63,336 bases of DNA, filler included, from Octopus bimaculoides (GCF_001194135.2; 7 parts of 6 records of this genome joined end to end with filler, not necessarily neighbours in it); one strand, 5' to 3'; counted from the first letter of the whole stretch, positions 1-12,048 are shown. The notes: a model not told the origin generated them from the sequence alone. Made by a program: numbers and translations.

Positions 1-1380
1 GGAAAGCGCGTCTCACAAACGGCGACCACACCTGTTCACCGTCGTCTATAAAACGCTGGAGATGTCGCAGTCTCAGTGCATGTCTGCGCATCAATAACCA
101 CGGCATGCCCCGCCCGTCATTTAGTGGATGTTGGCAGCAAATGGATCGCCTGACCATCGGAACGCTTCCCTTCCAAAAAATCGGAAGAATATGCGTTCCA
201 GTTTTGTGATGGTAAGGTCGGGACAAGGCACAACGATCATACGGTAGTAGATGACGGATGCGATGTACGCATTCGCCACCTCAGTCCGACCTTTTAGAGA
301 TAGCTTCCTCTCGGCCCATTACTGGGTGAGAGTGGCCACCCTACTCGTTATTTCGACTCAGTTCTTCCCCAATTGGTGGTCTGGATCGACCCAGACCCCG
401 AGCAATTTAACTAGTCCGTCGGTCCAATGTCCCACGATAGAGATGCTGTTGGACGGCATGGGCTTGCTTCTCCATGTGCCGAACCGCAAGCCCATTAACA
501 TTTTCAGGTTAATTTTCGCTCCCATTACCGCTTCGTATTCTTTTAGTGTCTCGCCGACCAAGTCGATTTGCCTGTGGCTCGACACTATGATGGTAATATC
601 GTCCGCGTATGCAGACACACTCCTCTTGCATCCCAGTTCTCGCGGAATGCCCCGGTGTCGCCAGCTTCTGCAGTAGTGGATCTAGAGTCAATACATACAG
701 AAGCGGAAAGAGGGGACATCCTTGACGGACCGAATGCGTGATGTTAAATGGTCTAGATAGATGACCATTTACGCGAACTACCGAGCGGATGCCGTTGTAT
801 GAAGTAGCGATCCAACCACGGAAGACGAGAACGAAACCAGCCGCCCTAAGGACAGCCTCCAAGTAACGATGGTCGACCCTATCGGAAGCTTTCGATTGAT
901 CCAAATTGATCAGCTCGCCACCCATGCTAGCTTCCTTAACTACCCTATCTACGATGTAGCACGTCAGATGGAAGTTGTCATGGATACTTCTGCCTGGCAC
1001 GGCGCATGTTTGCGTCTTGTTGATCAGTTTCTCGATGACAAACACCAACCTCTCGGCTAGCACCTTGGCCAAAATCTTCAAATCTGCGTTGAGCAGTGTG
1101 ATGGGCCGGAAATTACCTATAAATTCAATCTGTTTGGGCCTTTCTTTAGCAGTGTCACCGCTCCTCAGCTCACAAAACTAGGGGTACTCTCGTTTTGCTG
1201 CCAGTTGCAGTAGACTGTTACCAAGACATCTCCAAACAAGTTTGGCTTATGGCAATAAAGCCCGTAGGGCAGACCAGCCAAGTCCGGCGACTTGTTTCTA
1301 GCGCAGCCTGCCATCGCATTCCGTATATCCACGGCTGTGATGGGTTTTTACAACCTCGACCTTGCCGCCAAGGGTGAATT
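1..1380 (-). mobile_element. Tx1/L1-clade non-LTR retrotransposon, degenerate RT and downstream region (runs off window start)
   Basis: Minus-strand translations give NFRPITLLNADLKILAK, QTCAVPGRSIHDN, LINLDQSKASDRVDH, SVRQGCPLFPLLYVL, AYADDITI, KLLGVW and KLSLKGRTEVANAYIASVIYY, with frameshifts and stops. Confidence 0.9.
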
Positions 1381-1824
1381 TAGAACTTCTGGTGGCATCA
1401 CTTTCAGTGTCATTGATCCATACAAAGCCCTCCACCACAACAAGTAGGGACTATCAGGGGAATGTGTATAAACATGTATGTATGTATGCATGTATGCATG
1501 TATGTATTTATGCATGTATGTATGAATGTATATATGTATGTGTGTGTATATATATATATATATANNNNNNNNNNNNNNNNNNNNNNNNNNNNNNNNNNNN
1601 NNNNNNNNNNNNNNNTATATATTTAGTGGTTAAATATAGCTGTACACAGAAATATTTACATTGGATTAATAAATGGATATAAATTAAACATCGGTGTCAA
1701 ATCTCTTTATTAAATGTAAGAATTTTAAACTTTGGATATATATATATATACAAAATAAAAGAAGGAAAATGCACACACTTTACATAGTTTTAATATAGTT
1801 TTCAATATATTTTGTATTGTGTTT

Positions 1825-1855
1825 GTCGACTGGTTTCGCTTGCGCTAATCATGAC
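1825..1855 (-). ncRNA. Minimal type-I hammerhead-like ribozyme motif with A3:U8 core
   Basis: Minus strand reads GTC-ATGATTA-GC(GCAA)GC-GAAA-C(CA)GT-C-GAC: P1 GTC/GAC, P2 with a GNRA loop, GUC cleavage triplet, on the sense strand of the PLE 3' end. Confidence 0.55.
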
Positions 1856-4370
1856 GTTGAAAATATTGTAATTTCGTATTTTCTTAAGATTTTAGTCTAT
1901 GTTGTGTGTGAAGAATTTTGTGAATGAATGATTCAACAAGTAGAAAAATCTAAGGGGAGGTAATTGGTGATCGTTATTATTGGGGACAGGGGCGGTAATT
2001 GCTCATCTTTCGGGGGGAAAATATATACACAAAAACTCAAAAGCTAAAGTAGTGAGATGAAATATGTACAGTGATGGGTATGTGATCATGAATTAAATAT
2101 ATACTGAGTTCAAAGTTGGTTATGCGTTCATATTTAGACGTGTTCTGTATTTTACGAACAACAAATTTTCTTTATTTAAACGTCCTTGTATAGAAATTGT
2201 TTCTGTACACAGGTAGAGGGGGAAAACTGTGAAGTTTGGTTGGATATTACCTGCTCATCTCTCTGTGTTGATTCAAAGGAATCTGTCTGTATTGCGGGAA
2301 CGGGACTTGTTCCTTATGTAGTCTCAGTGTCATGCTAATTTGTCCTATATAGTTATGTCCACAACCTGAGTAAGTTATAACATTAATTAGATTCTCGGAA
2401 GCACAAGTGAAGTTGGTTTTAATTGTGAACCTCTCTCCTTGTTTGGACAGGAATTCCGAGCATTCCAGTAGATTGGGGCATGTTCCACAATTTAGGCGTC
2501 CACATGTTTTAACCGCTGGTTTCGTGGTTGTTGTGTAAAGCTTCGCATTTTTTAGAAGTCTTTTCAGCGATTTGTGTTGCCCTCTGCATTTGATGAATTT
2601 ATGCGTTTTCAGAATGTCGTTCATTTTTGGGTCTCTAGTAAGCATAGGTAGATGTTGTATAATAGTGTTGTACGCATCATTTTTTCTAGGGTTGTGAGTT
2701 AATATATACAGTATTGCTTTGAGCTGAGGAGTGGTGTTACATTTTGTTACCCTGAGTGTTTTAATGTCAAATTTCTCAGCACACTTAATTCCATCGTCTA
2801 TAAATGAGAGTGGATATTGTATTTAATGTTGTTCTGAGATCCTAAAGACGAAGGTCCCGAGTATTTCTATCAGACGCTATTGTGTAAATCCTTTTTGCTA
2901 AATTAAAGAGGATATTTCTTTTGATGTGTTTTGAGTGGCATGAGCTAAACAGGTAATATTGCTTCGATTCCGTTGGTTTATGATAAATGTCAGTTATAAT
3001 TTGGTTGTCAACTATTTTTTATCACAATATCCAAAAACGGGAGCTGTTCTTTGCTATATTCCATTGTAAATTGAATGTTAGTGTTTATATTATTTAGTAT
3101 TGATTTCAATTCTAAAAGTTTATCAAATGTCTTCTTCCATATGATAAAGCAGTCATCCAGGTATCTTTTCCAGTTCTCTCTTATATAATGGTGAAATAGA
3201 TATCTATATTTTTGTAGTGACACTTCATATATGGTGAATTCAGAATAACCCATTATTAGGTTCGCAAGAACAGGGGCTGCTTTCGTTCCCATCGCAATTC
3301 CGCATTTTTGACGATAGTAGGTGTCATCAAATAGGAAATAATTGTTCTGAAGTATAAATTTTTAAGCTTCAATAATAGAAACCTGGTCTATGCGTTCTGG
3401 AAGTATTTCTAGATCCAATTCCAACTAGAATATTATTGCTTCTATTCCATAATCATGTGGGATGTTGGTGTAAAGATTGATAACATCGAAGGAAACCAAT
3501 AATGTCTCTTCATTAGCTGTTTTTGGTAGGTGCTCAAGCATGTCTAGATGGTCTCTAATGAAACTTTTGATATATTTCCACAAGGGTTTCAGTAGGCTGT
3601 CTAGAAAATTGATTAGGCAGTGGGTTTCACAGGCTATAATGGGTCTCAACTTTAAATTTTCTGACGCTTGGATATGCATGTATTTGCCTGGTGATTGTTT
3701 GCAGGCTTCATTAACTATCTTGCACTTGTGTATTTTAGGCAGGCCGTAAAAAAGACTAAGTCTACATTTAAAGTTCGTGGAATAATCTATTTCTTTTTCT
3801 GTCAGGCCTTTTCCACGTAGAATTAATGATGCAAGATTTTTCATTGCTTTTTTGTTGTTTATAGTTTACAATATTTTCGCAGAAGGTATCGTTTTCTAGC
3901 ATGGATAATACTAGGTTTTTGTAGTATTCTGTGTTCATCAGGATTACAGCACTTCCTTCGTCTGCTTCTTTAGTTGTCAGTTCTTTGTCGTTAAGTAGTT
4001 CAATGAGATTTTTCCATTCTGGATTGTTGAAGTTTGAATTAATCTTTCGCTTATGGAAAGTATTTAGCAAATTTCGGATATGGTCGCAGAAGTCATATAG
4101 CATTTTATTCCTAACCTAATGGGGAAGATAATTACTTCTGATTTTAACCAGTGATTCATCGTCGTTGTTGTAATTGGTTAGTGCTTCTGTGAGCCGTAGT
4201 CGTCTGCAGAATTACGAAATATAGTCTTTAATTTTATTCTGGTTAGATCTTCATGGGGTTGGGGTAAATTTTAATCCTTAAGCTGGTATACTGATTTTTG
4301 CTTCTGAGAGAGTTTTCATCGATAAATTTGTTACTTAGGTTTTTCCTTTTTTATTCCAACGTGTGTCCCT
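1825..4370 (-). mobile_element. Penelope-like retroelement (RT + GIY-YIG endonuclease), nearly full-length but frameshifted; Neptune-like Cys linker
   Basis: ORFs 3425-3844 (FYGLPKIHK, LRPII, LVSFDVINLYTNIPH), 3008-3292 (MGTKAAPVLANL, WKRYLDDCFIIW, FTME..LPFLD) and 2247-2645 (CGRLNCGTC, FTCASENLI..IT..GCGHNYIGQ). AT-rich 3' region down to about 1825. Confidence 0.9.
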
Positions 4371-4391
4371 GTTTCTCTCCACTCAGTCTAA

Positions 4392-4608
4392 AATATGTAT
4401 GTATGTATATATGTATGTATGTATATACATATCTTGGCTGTGCCCCTGTATGGCCACAGCGTTTATGGTTGAAGTTGTGTATGTATTTGTGAAAGTGTAC
4501 GTCTGAATGTGAGTGTAGGCGTGGTTACGTATTGTAACCACGCCTACACCTGTTGTCCGGTGGTTGTTGGGGGACACATGTAGGCACAAGGGACAAACAC
4601 ACACACAC

Positions 4609-4663
<55 letters not shown>

Positions 4664-5406
4664 TGCACGCGTATACACACAGCACTATCATTACATTACC
4701 ATTAAACAGCGCACACAGCTCCATTACACACACAGATACATACACGGTCACACACCTACATACATCATTTGCAATTACCAAGTATATAGACTTGTATGCA
4801 AAGCCACACACATATAATTCTTTCCAAAGGTACGTCCATGTATACACACAAAACAAATGTTCGTGTATAAACACATACACATACATATGGATGTCATACA
4901 AATATTTTATTCAATATTCAATGTACCATTTAATTGGTTACACAGACGTTTTTTATTGACACAAATATACTCTTATGTAGATACATACAATATTCGTATA
5001 GAAAACACTATGCCGAATCAACACAAGCTACCATTATACACACGGACATGGATACGGGCACTGACATAGACACCACACACACTCACGCGCACGCACGCAC
5101 ACACATGTACACACAGTCACACATAATTCGTACTTACATCGTGTACATCATTCCATCTTATATATATATTAATGAGACAGACATAGAATGCACATGTACA
5201 GCTCAACACCTGAGTGTGTATACTTATGTAAATATAGATATGTGAGTTTGTGTGCGTGTGTGTATGTATGTATGTATGTATGTATGTATGTATGTGTGTA
5301 TGTATATATGTGCTTATGTATGTGCGCATTATGTATGGGTGTATCTATATTTGTTTTACTCACTTTCTCGTAAAGATACGCAGACACACACATACACACA
5401 CACACA

Positions 5407-5480
<74 letters not shown>
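4392..5480. repeat. Compound microsatellite and low-complexity block (TATG, ATAG, CA, TA)
   Basis: Directly visible, e.g. (ATAG)n at about 4610-4660 and (CA)n at about 5385-5460. Confidence 0.95.
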
Positions 5481-5482
<2 letters not shown>

Positions 5483-6096
5483 AAATCAATACCACTAAAC
5501 ATCGCGCGAGGCTGCGATTGAACCCCTTCATGTTTACTCAGCCTGTCAGAAACAGCAGTCAAATCTCCTTCAGACAGCACCTTTCCTTCACCCTTAATTC
5601 TGAAAAAGTAGAATGACAGGTATCTAAGATAAATACAGTCCGAGGAGCATCATACCTGAAAAACAAAAAAATAATAATAATATGGGTGGTCTCGGTTCGA
5701 TTGCCTTTGATCATAGTTTTGTTTAAATAAGACCAACCGGGACTAAACTAGACAAATACTTTCTCAGAAACACACATGCACACATACGTAGACAAACACA
5801 CATAATTACACATAATTACACATACATGTAGGTAAATACGCACACAAAACATTACTCTGTATCAGCTCAGACATCATTAATCACATGCACAAATATACAC
5901 ACGTAAACATACGCTTATAATATATATATGTACAGCACTAAGACCGAAGATCAATGTAACATAAATTAGTCACACAAATACAGAAGCAGACACAGAAACA
6001 CACATACAAAACAGATTTTTTTGAATTTGTTGTTTTTTTGTTTTTTTTCTCCTATCGAAGGACAGCGGATTTTGACATTTCGAGGCTCTCTGTGGC

Positions 6097-6716
6097 TATA
6101 TATTTTCGAACGGAAATTCAGCAATGCTACCTAGCCAAGCAACTACTTTGTGCTGATGAAGAGCAATAACTCAGACATCGGTCCACAGATGCTGCTTTGT
6201 GCTGGATGGGGATGCTGGACTTCCTGTTCGGAAATATAAGGACACAGCTATTGTGTCGTATAGCCAGCTACAAACGATGTTTCCTTAGCTAAACAGCAGT
6301 AACAATCGTCCTATCCAGGACGGACACATTAAGTAGGCAAATAGTCTTTACTTTAAAGAAATGTTATTGAATATCTCTCTTTGAAAGATTTAGAAATAAT
6401 AACGTTCCTATTTATTAGATCAGTGGCAGTGTGTCACTTTGAAAATTATATATTTTTGAACGAGAATTCAGCAACGCCACCTAGCCAAGCAGCTACTCTG
6501 TGCTGATATTGTTTTGTGCTGGATGGATGTGCTGGAGTCCCTGCTCGAAAATATAAGGACATAGACATTGTGTCGTATAGCCATCTGGAAACTGTTTCCT
6601 GGGGCTAAACAACTGTAACAATCGTCCCATCCAGGACAACCACATTATGTTGGCAAAAAGTCTTTACTTTAAAGAACTGTTACTGAATATCTCTCTTTGA
6701 AAGATTTTGAAATAAT

Positions 6717-6717
<1 letters not shown>
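6097..6717 (+). repeat. Diverged direct duplication (copy 1 about 6097-6401, copy 2 about 6447-6717)
   Basis: Shared blocks such as cctagccaagca, aatataaggaca, ttgtgtcgtatagcca, taacaatcgtcc, gtctttactttaaagaa and gaatatctctctttgaaagattt. Copy 2 is about 34 bp shorter. Confidence 0.9.
6147..6189 (+). ncRNA. Degenerate type-I hammerhead-like motif
   Basis: TTTGTG-CTGATGA-A-GAG(CAATAA)CTC-AGAC-ATCG-GTC-CACAGA: 6-bp P1, canonical CUGAUGA, P2 and GUC present, but GAAAC is damaged to AGAC. Confidence 0.5.
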
Positions 6718-6758
<41 letters not shown>

Positions 6759-7021
6759 AATATATATATATTATTTTGTTTAAAAGAGTTCCAACACTGT
6801 CTGTTTTTTATGTTTTATTTATATTCCTGCAGAACTAATGTGGGGTATAGAATATGGAATATACAATATATAATATAATATACAATATACAATATAAAAT
6901 AAAATAAAATAGAAATGGATGGCACCATGAAAGAAAGTATTGAATGTAGATGAAATATTGAGTGTTCAATATAAAGGATCAAATGTATAAATATATATAT
7001 ATAAATATATATAAATATATA

Positions 7022-7065
7022 CAGGCGACTCGAGTTTCAGGGCTATTTCCCTTCGTCATGGCCGG
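7022..7065 (-). ncRNA. Type-I hammerhead-like motif with one extra core nucleotide and palindromic helix III
   Basis: Minus strand reads CCGGC-CATGACGA-AGGG(AAATAG)CCCT-GAAA-CTCGAGT-C-GCCTG. P3 ACTCGAGT is self-complementary; GUC triplet. Confidence 0.6.
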
Positions 7066-7116
7066 TATGACAGACTTTAGTCATACCGGCCATGACGAAG
7101 GGAAATAGCCTGAAAC
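7034..7116. repeat. Near-perfect hairpin (37/38-bp arms, 8-nt loop)
   Basis: gtttcagggctatttcccttcgtcatggccggtatgac / gtcataccggccatgacgaagggaaatagcctgaaac, differing by a single-G indel. Confidence 0.95.
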
Positions 7117-7817
7117 AAGTAAAAGAGTAAAAGAGATATGTTTCTATCAGCAATAATACATTTGCAATAGCTGCCTGATTTGCACTTTTAATTTCTATTG
7201 AACACTTAGCATACATTTCAAGTATTGTTTCTCTCAAACATAGTTAGAAAATTTTGTTATGTAATTCTATATTTGTCTGCGCAGCAGTGTCTTTCTTCCT
7301 TCCTCCTGTTGTCCTTCAGCTCCAGTATTAATTTCAAATCTTTCTCTCCCTTACATTCACATATTCTTTCTATCTTTTGCTAACATGTTAAAATTTGTCC
7401 TTGTCAAACTCCATTTGCCTATCACTCTATCAATTTAATTGTTTGTATGTATCTCTCTCTATATGTGTTTGTGGGTGTGTGCCTGTTTGTGCGTGTATGT
7501 TTGCATGTATGTATGTATGTATGTATGTATGTATTCACACGCACATACACACACAATCACAAACACGTATATGTGCTTAGCAATGCGTTTTGACTAATGT
7601 AACTAACAGCCAGACGAGTATTATGTATGCAAATCGGATTTTCCGGTTTAGTTAAGTTTTTGTTATTAGCGACTCTCGTTACATGTATGTACTTGGTAGT
7701 GGGATGATGAAAATTGTACGCTGAAAAAAAATGAATCAAACAGCGTTTCAACTCTGTGTGAATATATGCGTGTGTATGTAAAAGGGAAGGTATGTGAATG
7801 AAGTATATGTATCTTTG

Positions 7818-7917
7818 NNNNNNNNNNNNNNNNNNNNNNNNNNNNNNNNNNNNNNNNNNNNTTAATTAATTAANNNNNNNNNNNNNNNNNNNNNNNNNNN
7901 NNNNNNNNNNNNNNNNN
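7818..7917. other. Artificial 100-bp scaffold join (44 N + TTAATTAATTAA + 44 N); linker also at 12093, 18552, 23335, 33401 and 60389
   Basis: The identical 12-mer with stops in all six frames is centred in identically sized N-runs six times. Confidence 0.97.
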
Positions 7918-8470
7918 CTGTAGATATTCTATCAATCCAAGGGGCCTTTTCATTGTGTGTTTTATCTTCTGCCCAGATTTTATTCCAAAATTCTTGCACT
8001 TCTTCTTTTGATGGGACAGACTTTATTGTTACTGGTGTTTTCCCTATCTTCCTGTAGAAATTTTTGGGGTTATTTTTGAACATGTTATTATCTCTGAAGA
8101 ATCTAACACGCTTTTCATACCTTGCTATACGGGAAGCTTTAGCACATACCTATTGCTTGATGGTTTCTATGGTTGTATCACTGTCAACTATGGTTTTCAC
8201 ATTATATTTTTTGTTTAGTTTTTGGGTCTTTGTAGGTTTGATACGCTTATCGAATTTAAGGTTTTTCAAACATTCTATGTCAGATCTAAGTAGCTTAATT
8301 TGGTGTTGAATGCGCTCTTGCCAAGAAGGCTTTTTGTGGGAGTGTTGTCGTTTTCTAATCTTTTCACCACATAGAACCGTTGAGATTTTTGCGGATGCAT
8401 AGTACAGGTGGTTGAGATCTGTAATATCTAATATTATTATTATTAACTTGGTATCTCTAGTTGTTGCCAT
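7918..8470 (-). mobile_element. R4/Dong-like non-LTR retrotransposon fragment (region N-terminal to RT)
   Basis: KKPSWQERIQHQIKLLRSDI and MFKNNPKNFYRKIG...EVQEFWNKIWAEDKTHNEKAPWI motifs, typical of R4/Dong ORFs from recall. Cut by a gap at 7917. Confidence 0.7.
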
Positions 8471-8539
8471 ATATTAAGATCATCGGCAATAACAACAACA
8501 ACATGAAGAACAGCAGCGGCGAATTAAATGGAGTCCAAA

Positions 8540-9040
8540 TTGTGATCCTCCCAACAAAACACGTACAAATCCCCCGAAATTGACATCATCTTCGCAGAGA
8601 CAACTATAGTTACCGAAGAAATTACAGTAGAGGCATATGAATTAAGAAAAGTCAAACAGATGTTAAAAAAGATTGGACACAGAATCGGCGTAACACATCC
8701 AGCTGATGTGGAAAACGCGCGACGTTGTACGGTTGCATACTGTACAATTGGAATGGAGTCATTCCAGATGGAGTGAGTCCCAAATCCCAAAATCTTTGGG
8801 TTGCATATCAGAGTGAAAGACCTATATCGCCCGGGATATGGGATTTAGGATAGTGCACATATTCATTGAAATGTTAGAGAAAGCGAGACGAAACTCTCTC
8901 ATGACACGCAGGAGGAAAGAGTACTCTGCTACCAAAATATTGCGCCCGAAGATTGGTAAAAATATAAATAACCCACTACTCCTAAGAGAGGACACGCGAA
9001 AGATATGCAGAAATATTGCAGATATATTATTAACGTCGTG
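8540..9040 (+). mobile_element. Highly degenerate RTE-clade LINE RT fragment
   Basis: Frameshifted pieces PEIDIIF..EITVE, ADVWKT, IPK and SLMT...KEYS..ILRPKI resemble the start of RTE-type RT. The alignment is by eye only. Confidence 0.4.
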
Positions 9041-9119
9041 ATAATTGGTTAATATTAGCGTGACTAATTCCATGAGCACCAATGTTAATGATTTTCCCAA
9101 TATAAGTTATAATAATAGT

Positions 9120-9570
9120 GGGAGAATAGCTTTTCATTATTATAATAGCTTTTCAATTGTTGATGGTTCAAGTAGTGCAGAAGATTCCCTTTGTGATTGT
9201 GGAAACAGAGAAAATTGTTTATTTGGAAATTTTTGTAAGCGTGCTGAAGTCACTTATCAAGGTAAAGTTATTTCTGAGGGTAAATGATTACTTCTATACT
9301 GGTTCTTCTGCTAATTATATTTTTAAAAAGGGTTTCGAATGTAGTGACCATTCATTTAGGAATGGAAATAGGGCTTCCTCTAGTAGTCTTAGTAATTTCA
9401 TCTGGAATCTTAAAGATAATAATAAAACGTACTTTATTGAATGGACCATTTTAGGGACGGCGCAGACTTATAGGTTTGGTAATAGGTTGTGCTCTCTCTG
9501 TTCTGAGGAACTATTTTTGATTTCATTTTCTAGAAGAAGGCTGCTAAAATATATCTGAAAGGGCTTTTTC
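9120..9570 (+). mobile_element. Penelope-like element GIY-YIG endonuclease remnant (CxC-type linker, different lineage from 1825-4370)
   Basis: CDCGNRENCLFGNFC..EVTYQGKV, YTGSS..FKK..HSF, LSNFIWNLK, IEWTILG.A..Y....CSLC.EE. Confidence 0.75.
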
Positions 9571-10980
9571 TTTGTTCATAGGAATAAATGTGTGATTAAA
9601 AATTTTAAATAAAGATGTCTATTATAGGTGTTTTTATCTGTCTGGTTTTATTTTGATTCAGTGGTTTTTGAGACTGATAATTTGTTTCACATTTTGTATT
9701 TACTACGCAAGTTGGTTCCACTCGCATTTTTAAAAGTGTTTATTATTTTTTTTATTTTTAAATATTCAAGTTAATTTTTGAGATACTGTGAGTGTTTTAA
9801 TTTTGGTTCATCTGTAATTGTGAGACGGTGGATTTTTACATTTAATTAATATAATTATCTTACAACCGTTTTAATATTTCTATTTATTTACTTATTAACT
9901 TACACCGTGCCGTTAATAATGGCCACTAATTGTTATTTACATAAAGTACAAAATCAGGTGCGGAATAATGACAGATACAAGCATTCCCATACTTCCCAAA
10001 CATACACATACACACATATACTCAAACAGAATTGGAATGTTGTAAGTTTTACATTATCTATCCTATTTGCATTACGCACACAAACACTGACACACTCACA
10101 TACACACACATATAGACACGAACACATACACAGACATTGACATACCTCCCTTTTTCATACGCACACATATACACATATACTCACATAGTGTTGAATGGCT
10201 GTGTTTTCACCCCTTCTTTCTTTATCATTCTATCGCCCCTTCCTTTCTAATATAAGAACAGAAAATACGTTCTTCCTTCTCAACCGGCTGTTAATTTCCC
10301 TCACTCTTTTAGTCACGGCTATTACTCTCACTACCTCTCCTTCACTGTTTTACTATTATCTCTCTCTTCTACCTTCACTGATACTACTCTTTGTCTTTCT
10401 CTGTATTACTCTTTTACTTGTAGGTGGCTATTTTGTAAACGCTGAATTGTTTTTTCTTGATTTTTATTTTATTTTCGCTTGATATTACACTATTATTAAC
10501 TTTGAATTAGGACATTTATTACTACTTAGTGGATAGTATTTCAGTTTGTAGTTATAAATTTTAATTATTTTTGTAGCTAATTTTTGTTTCATTAAATGTA
10601 TCTGTGTTTACTAGATACTTACGTATCGTGAATAGTAATGTTAATTAAAATCTAGAGTGGCTTTTTTTACATATTTTCTCTGGTTTTGAACGGTCTGGCG
10701 TTCTAGTGACTTCTCATCCTATTATTATTTGTTCATTCTTCTCTGGGCTATGAAAGATCTTTTTATGTGTTTTGTTGGTCGTAATTATTCTTCCCAATGT
10801 GTAATGTCTGACGAATAATCTAAGTTTTATTTCAAGAAGAGTTTTCTGTTTTTGCCTTTCGAATTAAATAGACTGCGAAACAATTTATAGATTGATATTG
10901 GATCTGTACAAAACTGGCTTATGAATTAAAGATCGTCAACAATATACAACTACAATATTGTTTCCCTTTCCTCATACTTC

Positions 10981-11026
<46 letters not shown>

Positions 11027-11304
11027 NNNNNNNNNNNNNNNNNNNNNNNNNNNNNNNNNNNNNNNNNNNNNNNNNNNNNNNNNNNNNNNNNNNNNNNNNN
11101 NNNNNNNNNNNNNNNNNNNNNNNNNNNNNNNNNNNNNNNNNNNNNNNNNNNNNNNNNNNNNNNNNNNNNNNNNNNNNNNNNNNNNNNNNNNNNNNNNNNN
11201 NNNNNNNNNNNNNNNNNNNNNNNNNNNNNNNNNNNNNNNNNNNNNNNNNNNNNNNNNNNNNNNNNNNNNNNNNNNNNNNNNNNNNNNNNNNNNNNNNNNN
11301 NNNN

Positions 11305-11381
<77 letters not shown>

Positions 11382-11398
11382 TATATGTACATCCATAT

Positions 11399-11600
11399 AT
11401 GGGTACAGGAAGTCATTATCGGGGCAGATAACAAACACACGAGACGAGAGATAGATATAAACCGTGGACAGTAATTACATGACGAAAACGAGTGAAATAC
11501 GTAAACCAGAAAAATGGAAAACATGACAGATTAACAAAGAAAAGGGACCCTTCATCAGTTGTTGCCTGTCTATCTACTCATTTCCAGCATTTAAATGACA
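11399..11600 (-). repeat. Interspersed repeat (family ending in TCCTGTACCC next to (TA)n), copy 1
   Basis: Shares CTGATGAAGG and the terminal TCCTGTACCC with 12555-12680 and 33598-33790. Confidence 0.55.
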
Positions 11601-11840
11601 ATATAACTCTTCAAATACAGTCGGTGCCATGAATTCTAAAATGAAATTAGGATTTATGGAGGGTCACATTTGGGGACAAAAAGTAACAGTGGAGACAGAC
11701 AAGGAAACCGAACGAAAACAGACATGGAGGACCTTTAGATAGGAACGAAAGGAGTCTAGTGAATACTGGAAGAGACATATACACACACGCACAGACACAT
11801 ATGTATATATATATGTATATATATATATATATATATATAC

Positions 11841-12048
11841 CACTGATCTCAAACTAAGACCAATTGTGGCAGGCCCAAACTGTGAAACACACAGATTAAG
11901 CAACTTTATCGATATCCTCCTGAAACCAATACTTCACCACATACCAAGTATTGTTAGAGACGACCTGGACCTACTAAATCATCTACCCAAACATGCCAAT
12001 AAAGACATTTTCATTGTTTCCTTTGATGTAATAAATCTTTACACTACG
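11841..12048 (+). mobile_element. Penelope-like RT fragment
   Basis: LRPIVAGPNCETHRLSNFIDILLKPI...IVRDDLDLLNHLP...IVSFDVINLYT, homologous to ORF 3425-3844. Bounded by (TA)n and a gap. Confidence 0.85.
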
